The notes below the pieces were generated by a model that searched no databases, was not told the DNA's origin, and was given only the letters and a program-made list of their open reading frames with translations. DNA of 44,032 nt from Paraconexibacter sp. (lineage in GTDB: Bacteria; Actinomycetota; Thermoleophilia; Solirubrobacterales; Solirubrobacteraceae): NCBI RefSeq assembly GCF_041602235.1, contig NZ_JBFIGP010000001.1:1-44032 (forward strand). The letters run 5' to 3'. Positions within the stretch are counted from its first letter, which is position 1; each line of letters opens with the position of its first letter. The position numbers and the translations under genes are program-made. This document shows, piece after piece, positions 38,032 to 44,032 of the stretch.

Positions 38032-39810
38032 ATGAGCGATCGGCACGGAGGTTCCGGTCCCACCCGCGGGCGCGCCACGGCTCCCGTGGTCTCCGCACGC
38101 CGTGCCACCGCCCGGCGCCGGCGCCACAGGGCCGTCGTCGTCGTCGTGATCTGCGGCGGCCTGGCGTTCGCCGGCGGTCTCGTCATCGGGGCCGGTCACG
38201 TACCGGCGGAGCGAACCCTCGTCGAGCGGTTCGTGGAGAACTGGTCCGCCGGCGACTTCGCGGCGATGTACGACGATCTCAGCGCCGAGGCGAAGCAGCG
38301 CTTCACGTTGGCGCAGTTCACCGAGGCCTACGATGCCGACCGGCGGATGGCGACCGCCACCAGCGTCCGGCCGGGCGAGGTCGTCGACGGCTCGGACGAC
38401 GCGACGTTCGCGGTCCCGGTCGTCGTCCGCACGCGGGTGTTCGGCACCTTCACCCGCACGATGGAGATCGAGGTCGCCGGAAGCGGCGAGAGCTCCCGGA
38501 TCGCGTGGGGCCGCCACCTCGCCTTCCCGGGCCTGGCGCCGGGCGACCGCCTGACCCGCGAGACCCGGCTGCCCGAGCGCGCGGCGCTCCTGGCCCGCGA
38601 CCGCACCCCGCTGGCCAAGGGGTCGGACCGGACCTCCGACGTTCCGGACGTCACCAGGAACGTGGTCGGCACCCTCGGCCCGATCCCCGCCGAGCGCGCC
38701 GACGAGCTCCGCGCCCTCGGCTGGCCCGGCGACGCCAAGGTCGGCATCAACGGGCTCGAGCGCGCGCTCGACACCAAGCTGGCGGGGACGCCCGGAGGCA
38801 CGCTGCGCGCGGGGTCCACGATCCTGGCCCGCTCGGAGCCCAAGAAGGCCCGGGACGTACGCACCTCGATCTCGATCCCGGTCGAGCGGGCCGCGATCGC
38901 CGGTCTGGCCGACAGGCTGGGCGGCGTCGTCGCGATCGAGCCCCGTACCGGCGAGCTGCTGGCGTTCGCCGGGATCGCCTTCTCCGGACTCCAGCCCCCC
39001 GGATCGACGATGAAGATCGTGACCGTCACCGCCGGGCTCGAGCAGCGCATCACCTCGCTGGACACGACCTACCCGGTCGAGACCTTCACCACCATCGAGG
39101 GGGTCCAGCTGGAGAACGCCAACGGGGAGCTGTGCGGCGGGACCCTCACCGAGGTGTTCGCCGAGTCGTGCAACTCGGTGTTCGCGCCCATGGGCGCGAA
39201 GCTGGGCGCCGAGAAGCTCGTCGAGGTGTCCGAGCGCTTCGGGTTCAACCGCGCCCCGGACATCCCCGGCGCCGCGACGCCGCGCATCCCCGTCGCCGCG
39301 GAGATCGGGGACGCGCTCGCCGTCGGCTCCTCGGCGATCGGCCAGGGGCGCGTCGAGGCGACCGCGCTCACGATGGGCACGATCGCGGCGACCATCGCCC
39401 GGGGTGGCCGCCGTCCCCGGCTGACCCTCGAGTACGACCCGCGGCAGAAGGCCGCCCCGACGACGAAGGTGACCTCGTCGAAGGTCGCGCGGACCGTCGA
39501 GAAGCTGATGCTGGCCGTGGTCCGCGAGGGCACCGGGCGCGCGGCGGCCATCCAGGGCGTGCAGGTCGCCGGGAAGACCGGTACCGCCGAACTCGAGACC
39601 ACGAAGCGCTGTGAGCCGACCGAGGAGCAGAACCCCGAGTCGTGCAGCACCGAGGCGGATCCGACCGACACCGACGCGTGGTTCGTGTCCTACGCCCCCG
39701 TGAGCAAGCCGCGCATCGCGGTCGGCGTGATGCTGGTCCGCAGCGGCGCCGGCGGTGACACCGCGGCGCCGGTGGCGCGTCAGGTGATGCTCAGCGCGCT
39801 CAGGCGCTGA
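38032..39810 (+). CDS. Class B penicillin-binding protein with NTF2-like (MecA_N) N-terminal domain
   Basis: One TM helix; SxxK (STMK), SxN (SCN) and KTG motifs. ATG 38032 lies 10 nt after a TATGCT -10. Confidence 0.93.
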   Translation: MSDRHGGSGPTRGRATAPVVSARRATARRRRHRAVVVVVICGGLAFAGGLVIGAGHVPAERTLVERFVENWSAGDFAAMYDDLSAEAKQRFTLAQFTEAYDADRRMATATSVRPGEVVDGSDDATFAVPVVVRTRVFGTFTRTMEIEVAGSGESSRIAWGRHLAFPGLAPGDRLTRETRLPERAALLARDRTPLAKGSDRTSDVPDVTRNVVGTLGPIPAERADELRALGWPGDAKVGINGLERALDTKLAGTPGGTLRAGSTILARSEPKKARDVRTSISIPVERAAIAGLADRLGGVVAIEPRTGELLAFAGIAFSGLQPPGSTMKIVTVTAGLEQRITSLDTTYPVETFTTIEGVQLENANGELCGGTLTEVFAESCNSVFAPMGAKLGAEKLVEVSERFGFNRAPDIPGAATPRIPVAAEIGDALAVGSSAIGQGRVEATALTMGTIAATIARGGRRPRLTLEYDPRQKAAPTTKVTSSKVARTVEKLMLAVVREGTGRAAAIQGVQVAGKTGTAELETTKRCEPTEEQNPESCSTEADPTDTDAWFVSYAPVSKPRIAVGVMLVRSGAGGDTAAPVARQVMLSALRR

Positions 39811-39827
39811 GCCACCGTCGGCAGCGG

Positions 39828-40388
39828 TCAGATGTCGAGGTCGACCTCGGCCATCTCGGACGGGTTCTTCGGGTCCTTGATGATCAGGACCAGCGGCCGG
39901 TTCTCGAGCGCGGCACGGGTGATCTTGAACAGCAGCAGCGATCCGTTGGTGTTGAACGAGGACGCGATCGAGTCCGGCTCCGGCAGCATGCCGTCGGCGG
40001 GGACCGTCTCCTGCTCGTAGGCCAGCGGGTTGTCGACCTCGACCGTCTCGAACTCCGTCCCGAGGGTGTCCTCGATGGCGAAGTCCTCGCGCGAGGCCGA
40101 CAGGTGCGGCTCGTCGCGGTTGTTGCGGGCCTGGACGAAGACCGCGAACCACTCGGTGCCGTCCGGCAGCGTCTGCTCGGCGATCGGCACGCCGCGGAGC
40201 AGGCCCTTGTCCTCGACCTCGGCCGGGTTGAGGACGCGCGAGATCTGCACCTGGTACTGGAGGTCGCCCACCGTCACCTGGATGCCTTCGGTCTCGCCCT
40301 TCTCCACCTCCCCCTTGACACCGCCGCAGGCGGCGAGAGAGAGGCTGGCCGTGGCCAGGAGCGCGAGGATGGGAAGTCGACGGGTCAC
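39828..40388 (-). CDS. Putative lipoprotein (Ig-like/DUF4352-like suspected)
   Basis: Lipobox LAAC after a hydrophobic signal (VTRRLPILALLATASLSLAACGG); TACACT -10 lies 8 nt upstream. Confidence 0.75.
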   Translation of the reverse strand: MTRRLPILALLATASLSLAACGGVKGEVEKGETEGIQVTVGDLQYQVQISRVLNPAEVEDKGLLRGVPIAEQTLPDGTEWFAVFVQARNNRDEPHLSASREDFAIEDTLGTEFETVEVDNPLAYEQETVPADGMLPEPDSIASSFNTNGSLLLFKITRAALENRPLVLIIKDPKNPSEMAEVDLDI

Positions 40389-40443
40389 GGCGCGTGAGTG
40401 TAATGAAGCGGGGCGGGCGTCGGCGTGCCGCGGTGCGTCGGCC

Positions 40444-40968
40444 TCAGATCCGGAAGTTCGACGCGGGCTTCCGCGCCCCGCCGCTGATGCTCGCGCGCGT
40501 CCCACGGTCGTGATCCTCCTCGAGGATCGACCGCAGCCGCTTCATGGCCCGACCGTTCTGGCGACGCACGAACCGGCGGGCGCCGAGGGACTCGAGGAAA
40601 CGGTCGCTCAGGGTCTTGGGCTCCGACTCGAACGTGTAGGTGACGCGCGTGGCGCCGCCGGGGGCCGCGGACAGCTCGTAGACGCCGACCGAGCGGATCC
40701 GGTTGAACTTGCCGCCGCGTCCGACCTCGACGATCCGGATCGGCGAGACGGCCTCGGCGATGGTCACGTCACCCCACGGGAAGCGGTTGCCGCGCATCTT
40801 GATCTTGAACCGGGCGCCCGCGCCGACCCCGTAGGAGTCCTCCCGCGTGAGGTGCCAGTCGATCAGGAAGTGATCGGTGAACTCGGCGTGGTTCGCGATG
40901 TCCGCGAGGTACTCGAACACCTCTTCCTGCGGCCGCGAGACGATGACGCTGCTGGTGACGGGATCCAC
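40444..40968 (-). CDS. SRPBCC/START-like (polyketide cyclase) family protein
   Basis: VIVSRPQEEVFEYLADIANHAEF...GVGAGARF...TRVTYT...MKRLRSILE; TAGACT -10 lies 7 nt upstream of the GTG. Confidence 0.88.
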   Translation of the reverse strand: MDPVTSSVIVSRPQEEVFEYLADIANHAEFTDHFLIDWHLTREDSYGVGAGARFKIKMRGNRFPWGDVTIAEAVSPIRIVEVGRGGKFNRIRSVGVYELSAAPGGATRVTYTFESEPKTLSDRFLESLGARRFVRRQNGRAMKRLRSILEEDHDRGTRASISGGARKPASNFRI

Positions 40969-41024
40969 GGGCCGCAGTCTAGTGCGGGCCGCGACCGATC
41001 GACGTTCGCGGGCAGCCGCGGACG

Positions 41025-41288
41025 TCAGGCGGCTCGCGCCCGCAGCCGCACGGCCTGACCGCGCTCGCTGTGGTGCACGGTGTCGACGCTCTCGGGGACG
41101 CCCCGATGGCGGGGACGGCAGAGCGTGCAGACGGTCTGGGTGCCGTACCGGTGGACGTGCTCGCCGACCAGCGGCGTCCGCCCGCAGTCCGAGCACGCGT
41201 GGCGCGACGCCGCCAGGCGCCCCACGCCCTTGCGCAGGAGCTGGCGTTCGAGGTCCGATTCGGAGAGGCCGAGCAGCGGTCGGAACAT
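41025..41288 (-). CDS. Small Cys4 zinc-finger protein
   Basis: 87-aa segment with CSDC...CTLC (CSDCGRTPLVGE). Start position uncertain. Confidence 0.65.
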   Translation of the reverse strand: MFRPLLGLSESDLERQLLRKGVGRLAASRHACSDCGRTPLVGEHVHRYGTQTVCTLCRPRHRGVPESVDTVHHSERGQAVRLRARAA

Positions 41289-41529
41289 GACCAGGGTTTC
41301 GACGCCGGCGCCGGTCCCTCCTGCCCTGCACGATCGTTCCCACCCGGGCGAGGGTTCACCCGCGTCCCGGACGGGAAGACCGGGACCTGACCTGAACTGC
41401 ACCACGGCCATGCCCTGGGGCGCTAGGTTGTTTAGGAAGCCCACAGGTCGCGTTTCTACAGTCCTGCAACCGCGTTCGGTGGAGCGGTCTCCGAAGCACC
41501 ACCCCTGTCCCCCGCCCGAGGAGCCCCCC

Positions 41530-42105
41530 ATGGAGTCATTCACGACAGGAACCATCGCCGGAGACGGGGCGTTCCGGTGTGAGGAATGCGGCGCGGTGGG
41601 CCCCCTGGCTCGCACCGCCGACGTACCCGCCTGCCCGAAGTGCGGCAGCACACGGGTGGTCCGCGCCTCGCTGTTCGAGCGTGTCCCGAGCACCGAGGAC
41701 GACGCCGCCGCCGAGCGCCGCGTCCTGGCCGCGGCGGGCCGTGAGCACGCGCCCGGGGCGGGGCACTACCTGGTCTTCCAGGACGGCGAGGACATCCGGA
41801 TGGTCACGCTCGAGGACGAGCACACGCGCATCGGCCGCAGCCTCAACGCCGAGATCCGGTTCGACGACCCGACGGTCTCCCGCCGGCACGCGTTGCTGGT
41901 CCGTCAGGACGACGAGGGGTTCCGCGTGGTCGACGACCGCAGCATGAACGGCGTCTTCGTGAACGGGGAGCGCGTGGAGTGGCGCAACCTGCGGGACGGG
42001 GACGAGCTCCTGGTCGGTCGCCACCGCCTGATGTTCATCGACACCACGGTCGGCAAGTCCTCGGGTCCGAGCGGCTCGAGCACGTCGAGCGCGCGCACGG
42101 CCTGA
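41530..42105 (+). CDS. FHA-domain protein with N-terminal zinc ribbon
   Basis: CEEC...CPKC, then FHA motifs IGR, VSRRHA and SMNGVFVNG; GAGGAG SD upstream. Confidence 0.92.
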   Translation: MESFTTGTIAGDGAFRCEECGAVGPLARTADVPACPKCGSTRVVRASLFERVPSTEDDAAAERRVLAAAGREHAPGAGHYLVFQDGEDIRMVTLEDEHTRIGRSLNAEIRFDDPTVSRRHALLVRQDDEGFRVVDDRSMNGVFVNGERVEWRNLRDGDELLVGRHRLMFIDTTVGKSSGPSGSSTSSARTA

Positions 42106-42146
42106 TCCACACACCGCACCGGGCGCGGTCTGCGAGGCTGCGCCCC

Positions 42147-42989
42147 GTGCCGCAGATCCTCCAGTACGCAGCGTTCACCGACCGCCCCGACGGCGGGAAC
42201 CCGGCGGGCGTCGTGCTGGACGCCTCCGGCATGGACGACGCGCGGATGCTCGCCGTCGCCGCGGACCTCGGGTACTCGGAGTCCGCGTTCCTCCTGCCGC
42301 GCGCGGACGGGTCCCTGGCGATCCGCTACTTCAGCCCGAGAGCGGAGGTGCCGTTCTGCGGCCACGCGACGATCGCCGCCGGTGCCGCGTGGGCCGACGA
42401 GCACGGTCCCAAGTCGATCACCCTCGCCACGTCCTCGGGAGCCGTGGACGTCGACCTCGAGATGGACGACCGCGGGACCCGCGCGACGCTCACGAGCGTC
42501 GCGCCTCACGTCCAGGATCTCGCCGCAGGCGATCTCGACGAACTGCTCGCCGCCCTGCGGTGGGCGGCGACGGATCTCGCGCCCGGGCTCCCGCCGCGGG
42601 TCGCGTACGCCGGGGCGTCCCATCCGGTCCTGGCCGCCGCCACGCCCGAGCGCCTCGCCGAGCTGGACTACGACTACCCGCGCCTGGCGCAGCTCATGGC
42701 CGCCCGGGAATGGACGACCGTCGCCCTGGTCCACCGGCGCGAGGCCGACACGTGGGAGGCACGCAACCCGTTCCCTCCGGGCGGGATCGTCGAGGACCCG
42801 GCGACCGGCGCTGCCGCGGCGGCGCTCGGCGGCTACCTCCGGGAGGTCGGCGCCCTGGAGCCGCCCGCCGCCTTCACGGTCCTGCAGGGACGCCACGTCG
42901 GCCGCCCGAGCCGCCTGGACGTCGAGGTGCCGGCCGAGCGCGACGCGGGGATCCGCGTCACCGGTCGCGCGGTACGGATCCCGGCCTGA
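42147..42989 (+). CDS. PhzF family epimerase/isomerase
   Basis: AFTDRPDGGNPAGVV, SESAF, EVPFCGHAT, EDPATGAAA and QG...GRPS. Confidence 0.93.
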   Translation: MPQILQYAAFTDRPDGGNPAGVVLDASGMDDARMLAVAADLGYSESAFLLPRADGSLAIRYFSPRAEVPFCGHATIAAGAAWADEHGPKSITLATSSGAVDVDLEMDDRGTRATLTSVAPHVQDLAAGDLDELLAALRWAATDLAPGLPPRVAYAGASHPVLAAATPERLAELDYDYPRLAQLMAAREWTTVALVHRREADTWEARNPFPPGGIVEDPATGAAAAALGGYLREVGALEPPAAFTVLQGRHVGRPSRLDVEVPAERDAGIRVTGRAVRIPA

Positions 42990-43059
42990 CCCCCTGAGCG
43001 CCGGGTCGGCGACGCGGACGGTCACGCGAACGCGTCCGCCGCCGCGATACTGTGCGCCC

Positions 43060-43887
43060 GTGGCTCAGAAGATCGCGATCCTCTCCCAGAAGGGCGGTAC
43101 CGGGAAGACGACCGCGGTCCGCACCCTCGCGGACGTGCTGCGGCGCACCGGACTGCGCGTGCTCGCCGTGGACCTCGACCCGCAAGGGAACCTGTCGGAC
43201 TACTTCGACGTCCCGCCGGACGCCGCCCCGACGATCGGCGACGTCCTCGCGGGTCGCGCCAAGGCCCCCGCGGCGGTCCACCCCGCCCCGGACGCCGGCG
43301 AGCCACCGGGTCCGGCGGTCCACGTCGTGCCGGCGAACCTCTCGCTCGCGGAGGCGGAGCTGCTCCTGGCCGGCAAGATGGGCCGCGAGCTGACCCTGCG
43401 CAAGGCCCTGAAGCTCGTCGACGCCGACCACGACATCGTCCTCATCGACTGCCCCCCGGCCCTCGGGCTGCTCACGGTCAACGCGCTGGTCGCCGCGGAC
43501 TTCGCCCTGCTCAGCTCCGAGGCGCAGTACTTCGCGCTGCAGGGCGTCGAGCAGGCCCTCGAGGTGATCGAGCTCGCCCGGGACGGCCTGAACCCCGACC
43601 TCGAGTGGCTCGGCGTGTTCTTCAACATCGCCGACATGCGCACCGTGCACTCGCGCGAGGCGTTCGACTCGCTGCGCGAGCACGTCGGGGAGAAGCTCTT
43701 CGACACCACGATCCGGCAGTCCATTGCCTACGCGAACTCGGCGGAGCGGGCGACGTCGATCCTCGACCATCGCCCCGACCTCGGCGCGGACTACCTGCGC
43801 CTCACCGACGAGCTGCTGGGGCGGCTGGGGCTGGCCGCGCCTCGCCGCCGGCTGAAGCCCCTGCTGGCCGACGCCCCGGCCGCCTGA
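43060..43887 (+). CDS. ParA/Soj family ATPase
   Basis: Deviant Walker A KGGTGKTT, DLDPQGN and IDCPPALG; TACTGT -10 lies 6 nt upstream of the GTG. Confidence 0.93.
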   Translation: MAQKIAILSQKGGTGKTTAVRTLADVLRRTGLRVLAVDLDPQGNLSDYFDVPPDAAPTIGDVLAGRAKAPAAVHPAPDAGEPPGPAVHVVPANLSLAEAELLLAGKMGRELTLRKALKLVDADHDIVLIDCPPALGLLTVNALVAADFALLSSEAQYFALQGVEQALEVIELARDGLNPDLEWLGVFFNIADMRTVHSREAFDSLREHVGEKLFDTTIRQSIAYANSAERATSILDHRPDLGADYLRLTDELLGRLGLAAPRRRLKPLLADAPAA

Positions 43888-43939
43888 ACCGGCGCGTCCG
43901 GCAGGTCGGCTGCCCCGGCGCCGCTCGGGCCACGGGCGC

Positions 43940-44032
43940 CTACATCTCCCTGACGCGCGCCCCCATGCCCTCGAACGGCACGCGCGACACGCTCGCCCAG
44001 CCGTCCGTGCGCGCTCGCAGCGCCTCGACGAC
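43940..44032 (-). CDS. C-terminal end of a gene entering from the right edge (possibly homoserine kinase)
   Basis: Open frame VVEALRARTDGWASVSRVPFEGMGARVREM* ending at TAG 43940. The product guess from 30 residues is weak. Confidence 0.4.
   Translation of the reverse strand, partial: VVEALRARTDGWASVSRVPFEGMGARVREM

Noticed and set aside
43060-43887. ParA as evidence of a plasmid or integrated element
   Set aside because: No integrase, relaxase, rep, transposase or compositional break; the surroundings are core chromosomal genes.

Overview
Very GC-rich bacterial chromosomal segment (roughly 70-75% by eye), most consistent with an actinobacterium; Thermoleophilia/Solirubrobacterales is my inference from gene content and leaderless promoter style. 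About 37 CDSs are supportable. They include: acyl-CoA dehydrogenase (partial), tenA, a secreted S8 protease, DUF59/SufT, STAS, fxsA-hypothetical-HAD, an ECF sigma factor fused to a zinc anti-sigma motif, a divergent aGPT-Pplase3-like (HhH-fold, DNA base-modification-related) protein, a clan GH-A hydrolase, FMO-TetR, penicillin acylase, TerC plus a catalytically dead HtpX-like protein opposite a NarL-type two-component system, gltBD, a probable general-stress islet (ku, ferritin-like, DUF6328, yihY), topB-addB-addA, marP, a class B PBP, SRPBCC, a zinc-finger/FHA pair, PhzF and an orphan ParA. I found no tRNA, rRNA, CRISPR array or mobile element. The strongest candidates for an undescribed system are (i) the aGPT-Pplase3-like gene and its ECF-sigma neighbourhood, (ii) the pseudo-HtpX/TerC/two-component module, (iii) the SigB/SigF-type promoter islet linking Ku with a ferritin-like protein, and (iv) topoisomerase III directly upstream of an AddAB pair in which both subunits carry Fe-S-type cysteines. 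All family assignments are by motif recognition, not database search.
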